64,000 nt of DNA from Octopus vulgaris (lineage: Eukaryota), in assembly GCA_951406725.2 (NCBI GenBank), contig OX597818.1:36332001-36396000 (forward strand), read 5' to 3'. The position numbers and the translations under genes were made by a program. The notes beneath the pieces were generated by a model, which worked only from the letters and a program-made list of their open reading frames with translations, was not told the origin of the DNA and did no database searches. Below, piece after piece: positions 48,765-60,994 of this stretch. Each line of letters starts with the position of its first letter. The first letter of the stretch is position 1.

Positions 48765-51253
48765 GATTTTAATCTTTACTTCAATCAATATTAATATTGA
48801 TAATCGTTTTCAAAACGTGTTTTATGGGAATGGAAAAATTTCGAGTCCCGGTTATCGCGTACACATCTTCGGACAAGGTTAATTTCTTGATAGAGAAAAT
48901 TTCGGCGGGCACACCATACTTGAACTCAGAAGAATAAGAACATACCAAGTTAGCTAATCCTACCCGTTATAGTCCCGTAGCCTGAAATTTTATCTGAGGG
49001 AATTAGTGCTTATCTGGTACTTATTTTATCGACCCCAAAAGGGTGAAAAGCAAAGTCGGCCTTTCATCGGCGGAATTTGAACTCAGATCATAAAGGGAGA
49101 CAAAATACCACTAAGCAGTTGTCCTGTGTGGTATGAGTCAAATTAAATAATCGTTTCTATTCTAGGGACAATGCCTGAAATTTTAAGGTAGGGTACTAAT
49201 CAATTACATCGACTCCAGTGCTCAACCGCGATTGGATGAAAGGCAAAGCTGACCTCCGACCCATAACATAAAGACAAAAGAAATGCCACAAAGCGTTTTG
49301 TCCAGTGTACTAACGACTGTAGCAGCTTTCCGTCTTGAACCAAATTAAATGATGGAAACTATTTATTCTAGCTCTCTTCTATTGCAACCAATCATACACT
49401 CCCATTTATATAGCAAGAATGGTTTCTGATTTTAAGGCAGCGCGCTAGCAGAAGCGTTAGCACGCCGGTATTTCGTCTGCCACTACGTTCTGAGTTCAAA
49501 TTCTGCCGAAGTCAACTTTGCCTTTCATCCTTTCGGGGTCGATTAAATAAGTACCAGTTACGCACTGGGGTCGATATAATCGACTTAATCCGTTTGTCTG
49601 TCCTTGCTTGTCTCCTCTGTGTGTAGCTCCTTGTGGGTAGTAAAGAAATAAATAAAGAAATAAGAATAGTTTCTGATTTAGGTACAAGGTCGATAATTTT
49701 GAGGAGTTTGATGAAACGATACCATCAACACCAATACATAACTGGTATTACGTTATGTTAATCGATTACAATAGGATGACTGGCAAAGTTGACCACAGCG
49801 ACATTTGAACTCAGAAAGTATGTAGCCGGAACAAATAGGGCAAGGAATTATTTTCGACGCTCCAATGGTTCCTGGTTTAGGCAAAAAGCTAATAATTTTT
49901 TAGGTCAGGGTGTTAGCCTATTCCAATGACTTCAGTACTCCAGCGGTACATTATTTTATCAATCCCAAAAGTACAGCAGAAAAAGTTGACCACAGCAGTG
50001 TCTGAATATACCGTATAGAAGCGAAAGAAATGTCGCAAGGCATTTTTCTTCTGCTCTAATGATACTACCAACCCACTATTATCCTTTATACTTGACATGC
50101 GATTTTGTTGCAGTTAGATCTCCCTTGATTAACAACCGGCTGCCTTAAACAGATGATATCTGAGGCCGTGTTTGATATTGAAGAATTGGAAGCAAACAAC
50201 AGGGAGGTCATCGTTGGAATGAATGTGATTCAAAGTATTTTGAATCAGCGATGACTTCGAGCTAAACAACAATACACGCTAATAAGAAGTCAAGTTACTT
50301 TATCGGACATGGAAGCATTTACGATTTAGCCCACAAATAAGGTATCAATGCAGAAGTACGAAACCAAATGGCAAAATAACATTCAGTACAACTTGTGAGA
50401 TTTAATATAATAGTCAACATAATGAATTGCTAAGAGTGTGCTACATGGTCATTCGACATGCTTGAAACATCAGTAAAATCTTCTCCAAATTACACAATGT
50501 CGTTTTCAAAAAACGAAAAATCGAAAGATAAGGCATTGAATTATTTTCTTTCATATATACCGGGAGGTTATAGATTCTGCGGGTTTTATAACAGATTTGC
50601 TTGATAACATTGTACGAGTAATATCAACAAAAATATTCTATAATAGATTACTTAGATAGTCACAGTCTCGTGCACACAAAGATCTGTAATTGGAAAACAA
50701 GGTGTACAAACAGGGTTTCGTAGTTTTCCTGTCAAGGAATTATTTCCTCAAAAAAAAAAAACAACAAATCATAATTCGAGTCATTGCGAAAGAATCCAGG
50801 TCGTAGTTCTTAGTCCTTGAAAACACAGCCAAATGTTTCTTAAATATATTTCAGAAAGGAAACATACCCTTGGTATTCTGTCTCATAAAGGCGACGAGCT
50901 GGCAGAAACGTTAGCACGCCGGGCGAAATTTTTTGCGGTATTTCGTCTGCTGTTACGTTCTGAGTTCAAATTCCGCCGAGGTTGACTTTGCCTTTCATCC
51001 TTTTGGGGTCGATTAAATAAGTACCAGTTACGCACTGGGGTTGATATAATCAACTTAATCCGTTTGTCTGTCCTTGTTTGTCCTCTCTGTGTTTAGTCCC
51101 TTGTGGGTAGTAAAGAAATAGGCATTCTTTCTCATAATATAAAGAGACGCTCATAGCCGCAACAAAACAGAGAGAGAAAGAGATGGTGAAAGAGAGAAGG
51201 AGACAGACAGGCAGACAGACAGAGACAGAGAGAATGAGGGGAAAAGAAAGTGG

Positions 51254-51290
<37 letters not shown>

Positions 51291-51801
51291 TTTGGGAATA
51301 TAGAAATGCACGAAATTTCACGAATATATATCAAATACTTTTTGATTGTGTCACCAACGTTCTCATTTTTGGTAAAAACCAGAATTACATCATTTGATAA
51401 TATACGATAAAATTTTAGCGCAACTGCGAAACGTTAACAAATGTTAGCATGTTTTATGTAGTCAAAGAATTAATGCCCCCTTCGTCTGTCCACGTAGAGC
51501 TTATAACTATTTATAGTGAACACGAACCAAGACTCAGCATACTTGTAGATCAAATTTGCCTTTTGCCTAGCAAATTAACAAATAAGGCTAATTAACAATG
51601 CATGCACAGCTTTTTTCACTGCGGCCATGCTGGAGCACCGCATTTAGTCGAATCAAATCGACCCCAGGACTTATTCTTTGTAAGCCTAGTACTTATTTTT
51701 TTTGCCGAACCGCTAAGTTACGGGAACCTAGACACACCAGCATCGGTTGTCAAAGGATGTTGGTGGTGGTGGTGGGGGGGACAAACAGAGATACACAACA
51801 T

Positions 51802-51856
<55 letters not shown>

Positions 51857-52303
51857 TACGACGGGCTTCTTTCAGTTTCCGTCTACCAAATCCACTCACA
51901 AGGCTTTGGTCGGCCCGAGGCTATAGTAGAAGATACTTGCCCAGGGTGCCACACAATGGGACTGAACCCGGAACCATGTGGTTCGTAAGCAAGCTACTTA
52001 CTACACACCCTCTCCTGCACCTATTAAATAATTTGAAACGTAATAAAATGTATACATTTATTAATCCTTTCTACTATAAGCACAAGTCATGGAATTTTGA
52101 GGGAGGGAGCAAGTCGAGGACATTGACCCCAGTGCTCAACTGGTACTTAATTTCTCGACCCGAAAAGGAAGAGAGGCAATGTCGTCCTCGGACGAATTTG
52201 AATTCTGAACGCAAAGGACTAAATGCCGCTAAGCACGTTGCCATGCGCGGTAGCGATTCTGCCAAGTTGCCGCCTTATGTATAGATATAATAATACAAAA
52301 TAG

Positions 52304-52738
52304 GGACCTTTTCGGTTTGAACGGCAGTTTTTAACATAATTTCTAGGTAACTAAAAATTTTAAACTTCGTATACTGGTAGAATGTGTTTATAAAACATCT
52401 TATTCTCTTGGCTTTATTGAGAAAATTCTATAGTTTGTAAGATATTTGTCGTTTTTTTCTTCAATTTCTGCAATTTCAACCAACCACTGACGTATTTGAG
52501 GTAAAAGAAAAAAACATTCTATGCCTTATGAATATGTCCCTCGTTTAAGAAACATATTGGGTTTATTTACAGTTGTGAAAAAAAAAAGATACCCTTCCCC
52601 CACCACTAACCCCAACCCTAACTAACCCTCACCCTAAAATAGATTGAAATGCAATAGATCGATACTAGGGTCATAATTATGGGTGACAATTTCATATGAC
52701 ACTGCTAGAAAAGACTGCCGTTCAAAGCGAAAAGATCC
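52304..52738. mobile_element. MITE with GG..CC TIRs, 8-bp TSD (Merlin-like) and internal telomere-like repeats
   Basis: ~24-bp TIR GGA(C/T)CTTTTCG(G/C)TTTGAACGGCAG. TSD CAAAATAG at 52296-52303 and 52739-52746. Degenerate CCCTAA units at ~52605-52637. Confidence 0.85.
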
Positions 52739-52973
52739 CAAAATAGTTATAGTCCCGCAACCAAATATGGTCGAATGTCTATATTGGCAGAATATGAAAA
52801 GTTTTCTTGTCTGATTCCACCTCCTCAGAAATCCACCAGATACAAAATCACCTTTCCTCCATCGAATGGAGAGACTAACAACGTATAGTTTTTTCATAGA
52901 TTCTCCATCGAATGATATGTTAAAACAAAGTAATCGAGACCGGTCAGAACGGTCTCCCTATTTCTTCCCACAG

Positions 52974-53032
52974 GCAGATGAAAATATTTGTTTATATTCA
53001 TAGATTCACGACCATGCATTGTTTTATTAAAG
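52974..53032 (+). CDS. Candidate ATG-containing exon (ATG at 52978, ends phase 1)
   Basis: tatttcttcccacag|GCAGATG..AAAG|gtgtgc. Encodes [18 protein letters not shown]. Confidence 0.3.
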
Positions 53033-53144
53033 GTGTGCCTTACATAACATGAAATTATCCAATAAACGATGCTTCGGCAATATATATAAGCATTCACATA
53101 CATGTATGTATGAATCTAGCTCTTTTACACTCTCCTTCTCTTTC

Positions 53145-53324
<180 letters not shown>

Positions 53325-53400
53325 AGTCCCGGGTTGAGTCGGGGTTAACCACAGTAAATAAGGTACTCAATACATAGCAGAGTAAATTAATTTATTATAT

Positions 53401-53454
53401 AGAAGGAGCTTCTACAGGACTAGAACTGTTTCATTCAAAAGAAATCATCAGGAA
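53401..53454 (-). ncRNA. Inverted second copy of the same hammerhead (5' strand of stem I truncated to 3 nt)
   Basis: Reverse complement reads TTC-CTGATGA-tttcttttgaat-GAAA-cagttctagtcctg-TA-gaagctc. Confidence 0.65.
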
Positions 53455-53460
53455 TCATCA

Positions 53461-53513
53461 GAGCTTCCTGATGATTTCTTTTGAATGAAACAGTTCTAGT
53501 CCTGTAGAAGCTC
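53461..53513 (+). ncRNA. Type I hammerhead ribozyme
   Basis: GAGCTTC-CTGATGA-t(ttc tttt gaa)t-GAAA-CAG ttctagtc CTG-TA^GAAGCTC: 7-bp stem I, intact core, GUA cleavage triplet. Confidence 0.8.
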
Positions 53514-53517
53514 CTTC

Positions 53518-53564
<47 letters not shown>

Positions 53565-53677
53565 GTATGCATATGTGTGTGTGTGTGTTTATGTTCAGGT
53601 TTTATAAAAAAAAATTTCATGCATCGAAAGGGTTACTGCATACCACTGTAGAGTACAAATGAATTATTCTTTAACAA

Positions 53678-53726
53678 GGTAGTGACTTCGAAGTTTCGGT
53701 CAGCTAAGACATCATCAGATAATGCC
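53678..53726 (-). ncRNA. Minimal hammerhead core (PLE type)
   Basis: CTGATGA-t(GTC ttagct GAC)c-GAAA-CTTCGAAG-TC: palindromic stem III and GUC triplet. Stem I pairs poorly. Confidence 0.55.
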
Positions 53727-53727
53727 C

Positions 53728-53766
<39 letters not shown>

Positions 53767-54276
53767 TATATATATTCTTTTATTTGTTATAGTCAGATTG
53801 AACTGGTACTTTTATGCCTTAAACTATGCAGTCCTCAGGCACATGTAGCAGTGTGGAAATTTAGGGTTTACAATTAATAACTGTTGCAAGTTGTAAAACA
53901 TAACTGTCACCACACTACCAGATGAACCCGAAGATTGCTTAGTTTAATGCATGAAAGTACTAATTCAATCAGAATGGACATTAAATATTTTATTATTTCA
54001 TCATATATCATCTTATATTATGTTATTAAAAGATTGTAAATAAAACGTGAAATTCAAAGATGGAATTTCCTATATATATATATATATATATAAAATATTA
54101 GAAAAAAAAACACCTTTTATCAATTCAAAAAAATAATTAAATTACACCATCTAGAAAATTACATATCATAGTTAAAATTAAAATAACAATTAAAAAGTAA
54201 AGATTAAGAAAATTACAAAAATAATATAATATATATAATAGGTAGAAAAACAAGTTTGGATTTTATTCCCTCAAAT

Positions 54277-54327
<51 letters not shown>

Positions 54328-54370
54328 TACATGTTTATATGAGGTATGTATGAATGCATTTACTCCCCCC

Positions 54371-54426
<56 letters not shown>

Positions 54427-54533
54427 TATATATATTTGGTGTTGCACTCACGATCACAAGATCTCTATTTCGATTCTTGAAGCGGGCGATGCTTGAGCTC
54501 TTGAGCAAAATATTTCATTTCATGTTGTTCCAG

Positions 54534-54697
54534 CCTCTCAGCTGCAAAAGAGCAGTCCTGCGACGGACTGGCTTACCGTGTTCATGTATGTTGTGATCTC
54601 GATCTCTTACACGCCATCGAAAATAGATAATCTGTGTGTGAATCACAGGACTGGAGACGCCAATATCATATCATTATATAAGTTAGAAACCTTAACT
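54534..54697 (+). CDS. Candidate internal exon (164 bp, phase 1-0)
   Basis: ttcatgttgttccag|CC..ACT|gtgagt. Open frame SQLQKSSPATDWLTVFMYVVISISYTPSKIDNLCVNHRTGDANIISLYKLETLT. Confidence 0.5.
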
Positions 54698-55277
54698 GTG
54701 AGTGTGATACGGATGCACACACATTTTTTTTTAATGCTAATAGTATGCAGAAAGATTGAGAGTCTCCTAATAGACCGTTTTATAGTTTGTACACTGCTTC
54801 TCAGAGAAGCCGTATCTGCCATTCTTTTATCGAATTAGTATCAGAGGATAGCTACAATATAAAGCCGGCACATCATAGCCTAATTAGCAAATTTGTATAT
54901 ATTATAGGTCTCTATGAATGAAATACAATATCGATTTTATACACAAAACAGTGTAAATCAAAAGTACTTAAATTAATTTAGATATTAGATATCCCCACTA
55001 TGGATAAATGGTTGAGTAATAAAAGAAGTGAAATATAATCTGTGCGTGTATTTACTACTGGCATAATGACACCCGCGAGATGCAAGAAAATATAGATATT
55101 AGATTTGCGCCTTGTTTTGCAAATGGATACTGCCCATAAAGTGCTTAAGGCGGTGCTCCGGTATGGCCGCCATCAAATGACTGAAACAAGTAAAAGAAAA
55201 GAATGGAAGAAAGAATGCAATATCCACAGTTGAACCCCTGTTTCAAATCAGAGATACATTGCTACAATCAGCATGGT

Positions 55278-55664
55278 GGTGGAAGCACTCCGTCGGTTAC
55301 GACGACGAGGGTTCCGGTTGATCCGATCAACGGAACAGCCTGCTCGTGAAATTAACGTGTAAGTGGCTGAGCACTCCACAGACACGTGTACCCTTAACGC
55401 AGTTCTCGGGGATATTCAGCGTGACACAGAGAGTGACAAGGCTGGCCCTTTGAAATACAGGTACAACAGAAACAGGAAGTAAGAGTGAGAGAAAGTTGTG
55501 GTGAAAGAGTACAGCAGGGATCACCACCATCCCTGCCGGAGCCTCGTGGAGCTTTTAGGTGTTTTCGCTCAATAAACACTCACAACGCCCGGTCTGGGAA
55601 TCGAAACCGCTATCCTACGACCGCGAGTCCGCTGCCCTAACCACTGGGCCATTGCGCCTCCACC
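55278..55664 (-). mobile_element. SINE family C, full length with TSD
   Basis: tRNA head TGGCCCAGTGGTTAGGGC..GGTTTCGATTCCC. 11-bp TSD ATCAGCATGGT at 55267-55277 and 55665-55675. Confidence 0.92.
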
Positions 55665-55939
55665 ATCAGCATGGTACCGTGCTGAAAAGCATATTGCACG
55701 ACACAAAATTTGTCACCCAATCCAGCATTAATTGCAGCAGCTTCATATCAATTTGATATAAAACACGAATCAGCTATTTATGAAACCATGTGATCTACAT
55801 ACACTTATGCGCAGAAGCACGCAGAAGATATACCTGCGTGACATCTTGGGCAAGTGTCTTCTGCTATAGCCCCGGACCGACCAATGCCTTGTGAGTGGAT
55901 TTGGAAGACGGAAACTGAAAGAAGCATGTCGTATATATG

Positions 55940-55972
<33 letters not shown>

Positions 55973-56722
55973 TTGTGTGTCTTTGTTTGTCTCCCTAGCA
56001 TTGCTTGACAACCGATGCTGGTGTGTTTACGTTCCCGTCACTTAGCGGTTCGGCAAAAGAGAACGATAGAATAAGTACTGGGCTTACAAAGAATAAGTCC
56101 CGGGGGCGATTTGCTCGACTAAAGGCGGTGCTCCAGTATGGCCGCGGTCAAATGACTGAAACAAATAAAAGAGTAAAAGAGTAAAGTGTATACATCCACT
56201 GCCACTCTTTCTCTCTCACTCTCTCTCCCTTACCTTTAGTCATCCTCTCATTCTCATTCTCCCTCTCTCTTTCTCTGTGTCCCCCCTCTACCTCTCGTGT
56301 ATATAACACGATTGAAATTTGTATTTCTTATTCGTTAAGCCATGTGTTATTACTCTAAATTCTTTTGACGAAGCGAAGACGTACAGTTGGACTACGTCTT
56401 GAGTGTTTATGCGATTGTATAGGTCGGTTTTCATTCTTCTGTGCAACTGTGGAAGCTAGTACACTTGTCTCTTTGTTATTGTTGTTTTCTTTCAGGAAAG
56501 AAGTGCAGTACTTATGTACTTTTACCGTCCTAGACAAGCACCTTTCCTTGTAGCGGTCCCGAAACACAGAAAGGCAACGTTAACCTCGGCAGGCAAGATC
56601 TGAACTCAGATTACCGAATGTCTGAGTAAATATTGCGGAGCATTATCTCCGACGGTCCACGAGAAAGAAATTATATTTCAATAAATGTAAAATAATTTAA
56701 GCAGTTGCAACTAGGATATATA

Positions 56723-56782
<60 letters not shown>

Positions 56783-56891
56783 AATGTATGCGTAGATACA
56801 TACACGTATAAGCATAATGCACACAAATGTATGCGTATATACATACACGTATATACATAATGCACACATAAACAAGATTCATCATATATTC

Positions 56892-57475
56892 TTTTCTACT
56901 CTAGGCACAAGGCTCGAAATTTTGGAGCAGGGGGGGGGGGGCTAGTCGATTAGATCGACCGCAGTACGCAACTGGTATTTAATTTATCGAAACAGAAAGG
57001 ATGAAAGGCTAAGTCGACCGCAGCGGAATTTGAACTCAGAACGTAAAGACAGACGAATACTGCTAACCATTTCGCCCAGCCAGCTAACGTTTCTTATTTC
57101 TTTATTGCCCACAAGGGGTTAAACATAGAGGAGACAGACAAGGACAAACAATGGGATTAAATTATTTAGATCGACGCCAGATGAAAGGCAAAGTCGACCT
57201 CGGCGGAATTTGAACTCAGAACGTAACGGCAGACGAAATACATATTTCCTTACTACCCACAGGGGGCTAAACACAGAGGGGACAAACAAGGACAGACAAA
57301 CGAATTAAGTCGATTACATCGGCCCCAGTGCGTAACTGGTACTTCTTTAATCGACCCCGAAAGGATAAAAGGCAAAGTCGACTTCGGCGGAATTTGAACT
57401 CACAACGTAACGACAGACGAAATACCGCTAAGCATTTCGCCCAGTGTGCTAACGTTTCTGCCAGTTCGTCGCCTA
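56892..57475 (-). mobile_element. SINE family A, head-to-tail trimer
   Basis: Three units, each with GAAAGGCAAAGTCGAC..GGAATTTGAACTCA. Confidence 0.85.
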
Positions 57476-57993
57476 AGATTCATCATGCATTGGAACAGAT
57501 TATGTGGCACATTGTAGGATCATGTTGTGAATAAAAACACGCATTGGTTGAACTTCATTTACTCATTACCAATTAAAAAATTAATTAATTAATTGGCTTG
57601 TCAAAATGTTTCACACCATAACTGTAGCTGTTCAATCACTTGCCCTTAGAACTTACATCTTTCAGTGTCTGGTATTTGTACGTATTTAAGGATAAATATA
57701 TGTGCTTGTGTTAGGTTGTCCCTGTGTGTGAGTGTGTACAAATGCGATTGGGCTAATGTACTGAGAATGGCTAAGCTGGTGTAAGTTCATGTGTACACGT
57801 GCTAATGTAAGTGCATTTGCTTTTTATTTTTGCTTTCACTTTTGTCACACATTTATTAAGACACCCAATCTGACACACATATATAAACTTACACACACAT
57901 ACACACATACAAATATGTTTACACTTACCTTTGTATGTAGGCATGTTAGTAAATTTCTATTGATATATACATATACATACACACACACATATG

Positions 57994-58038
<45 letters not shown>

Positions 58039-58040
<2 letters not shown>

Positions 58041-58316
58041 GAGTCGCCATTATAGATCGTTAGCCACTACACACATTTTTTTCTCTCCTTGTTTTTTTTT
58101 TCTGTGTCCCTTTCTGCAGAAGAGCGTAGGCTCGAAACGTAAAAGACTTTTTCTATTCCTGAGCGTTATTCTAAAACAAACAGATGTATTAGTATAACGC
58201 TCAGGAATAGAAAAAGTCTTTTACGTTTCGAGCCTACGCTCTTCTGCCGAAAGGGACACAGAAAAAAAAAAAGAGACAAAAAAATGTGTGTAGTGGCTAA
58301 CGATCTATAATGGCGA

Positions 58317-58321
<5 letters not shown>
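58039..58321. repeat. Long inverted repeat of a PLE pseudo-LTR fragment
   Basis: ~130-bp arms, ~23-bp spacer, (TA)n flanks. Arms are homologous to 19365-19510. Confidence 0.92.
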
Positions 58322-58357
<36 letters not shown>

Positions 58358-58394
58358 TTCTTGGGAAAATATTAAAAAGTTTAACAAGTTCATT

Positions 58395-58436
<42 letters not shown>

Positions 58437-58548
58437 TGCACATAAGCATATATATGTAAGTATGTAAGTATACGTATATACTTATATGTGTGTTTGTGTG
58501 TATGTATAATGCTATGGATGGTTTTTGCTTTATTGCTTTTTTCGATAG

Positions 58549-58647
58549 GTGATAGGGCTTGGTCTGTTATAAATGTCATTGCAATTTGTTTTTATGTTCA
58601 TCTAATATTCACTTATTTAAGCATGCGCTCATGTGCCCTCCAGCTAC
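58549..58647 (+). CDS. Candidate transmembrane-encoding exon (99 bp, phase 1-1)
   Basis: ttgcttttttcgatag|GT..TAC|gtatgc. Open frame DRAWSVINVIAICFYVHLIFTYLSMRSCALQL, with a ~20-aa hydrophobic stretch. Confidence 0.45.
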
Positions 58648-58810
58648 GTATGCAAATATGCATTTTTGTTTTCTCCGTACACGCGCATCCACAAAACCCA
58701 CATATATAAAAACGTACGCGTTGTGGCGCTCACGGACTATACACTCGTAGACACAGACACACACTCGCACATAGATTCTTGGACATACACACACACATAC
58801 ACATATATAA

Positions 58811-58841
<31 letters not shown>

Positions 58842-58898
58842 TGTATGTATGTATGTATGTATGTATGTATTTATGTATGTATGTATGTATTAGTTTTG

Positions 58899-59332
58899 GG
58901 ATCTTTTCTGTTTGAATGTCAGTTTTTAACATAATTTCTAGGTAACTAAAAAATTTCAAACTTCGTATACCGGTAGAATGTGTTTATAAAACATCTTTTT
59001 CTCTTGGCTTTATTGAGAAAATTCTATAGTTTGTAAGATATTTGTTGTATTTTTTCTTCAATTTCTGCAATTTCAACCAATCACTGACTTCTATTGAGGT
59101 AAAAAAATATTCTGTGCCGTATGAATATGTCCCTCGTTTAAGAAACATATTGGGTTTATTTACATTTGTGAAGAAAAAAGATACCCTTCCCCAACCCCTA
59201 ACCCTAACCCTAACCCTAACTAACCCCAACTAACCCTAACCCTAAAACAGATTGAAATGCAATAGATCGATACTAGGGTCATAATTATGGGTGACACTGC
59301 TAGAATAACTGCCGTTCAAACCGAAAAGATCC
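58899..59332. mobile_element. Second copy of the same MITE
   Basis: Near-identical 434 bp. TSD TAGTTTTG/GAGTTTTG. (CCCTAA)n at ~59192-59246. Confidence 0.85.
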
Positions 59333-60994
59333 GAGTTTTGTAAAAATAAAGGCGATCCAATATGGTTACTTATACGATCCCGATGTATGCATTGAACAAA
59401 ATATATCAATCACCAAAAGTTAAAGACATGGGATATAATGAGAAAGATATCCCGTCAAACTACATGGAATAGGGAAAATAAACTGAAACCAGCTCTAGAA
59501 TCAAAGATATATAGTGGAGAGATTTAGATTTAGGAAAAGATTTGATAAGATATTAAAATTACACACTGGAGACAATATACAACACGTAAGACAATATGCT
59601 CACACAGACGCTCACGAACCCGTAAACATACCTATGTGTATACATATATGTAGATAATTTAGATATATATATCCATAATTATATAGTTATATTGATATAA
59701 ATTTGGTTATATGAATATATGTAATTAGACAGATATATAATATTTACATATATATATATATATATATATATGCGTGTGTGCGTGTGTGTGTGTATGTATG
59801 TATGTATGTATGTATGTATGTATATAAATATGTATATAATTAAGAGAAATGACCTCTATTACGCAATCCAATAGTGAAAGGCATTATTTACACCATATTG
59901 AATTTTTTAAAAATATACTATAATAAATATTATTTAAGAAAATCACTAAATTAAATAAACATGTAATAATAAACATAGATATGTATTTTATATGTATATA
60001 TATAAATATATATATATGAAAAAAGAAAAAGAATGATTTCTCTCGTAGTTCTAACCAGTTTAATTTATTATTATTTTAATTTTCTAATAATATGAATGTT
60101 AATTCAAAGATCTAATAAGTTCATCGTTAAATTGGATGTGGAAAATTTTTTTTAAAATTTCTTGTTAACTTCTTTGAAGAACTTTCTCGCATTCGTTGTC
60201 GAACAGATCTGAGTGTTTGGAGTTTTATGAGTTTATATATGAGATTTGGGTGTGTTTGAGGTGGAGTGTTTGGGTGTAGTTGGTAATCAGTGAGGAATGG
60301 AAAGGCTGTTGATAAATGAAAACTGAACGTAGTGAATGGTCAACTCAATATACTAGATTGGGATGGAGCTGGCAGGTGGTGGGGTGTTCAAGGAGTATTT
60401 TTTTAAGCTATTTGTATAGTTGACCTATATATATATATACGAAAAATAGCAGTTGAAAATTCACTGAGAAGAGTTAAAATATTTTTTACTATTAAACTCA
60501 GACATAACCGGTTTCAGTTTGCACTGATTTTCAAAAATTTGCAATAGAAAGACCTACCAATATAACGCAGCTGGTTTATTAAGCTTACCTTATTTTCATA
60601 ATTAGTTCATGGATCAAATTAGTGTGTTTTGAATAGCCGAACCGCTAAGTTACTGGGACCTAAACACACCAGCATCGGTTGTCAGTCGATAGTAGAGAGA
60701 CAAACATAGAGACACAAACATATATATATATATATGTATGTATGTATATGTTCCGTCTACCAAATCCATTCACAAGGCTTTGGTCTGCTCGAGGCTATAG
60801 TAGAAGACACTCGCCCAAGGTGCCACGCAGTGGGACTGAACCCAGAACTATGGGGTTGCTAAGAAACCTGCTTACCACACAGCCACGCTTGAGCCTATAT
60901 ATATTTTTAACAAATATAAATCAGGAGTAAAAGCAACAAGTGCTCATACTGATAGGCACGTGATCAACACTGGTAGTTAAACTTTGTCCGGAAT

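Noticed and set aside
55590-55664. tRNA gene-like sequences (also 21146, 26190, 47926)
   Set aside because: SINE heads that continue into conserved SINE bodies, with TSDs
57715-57780. EGF-like PVCEC..G*C block before a strong donor
   Set aside because: That frame has stops, and the open frame does not match the phase of the next candidate exon
59192-59246. (CCCTAA)n as a telomere or fusion scar
   Set aside because: Internal to a MITE present in two copies
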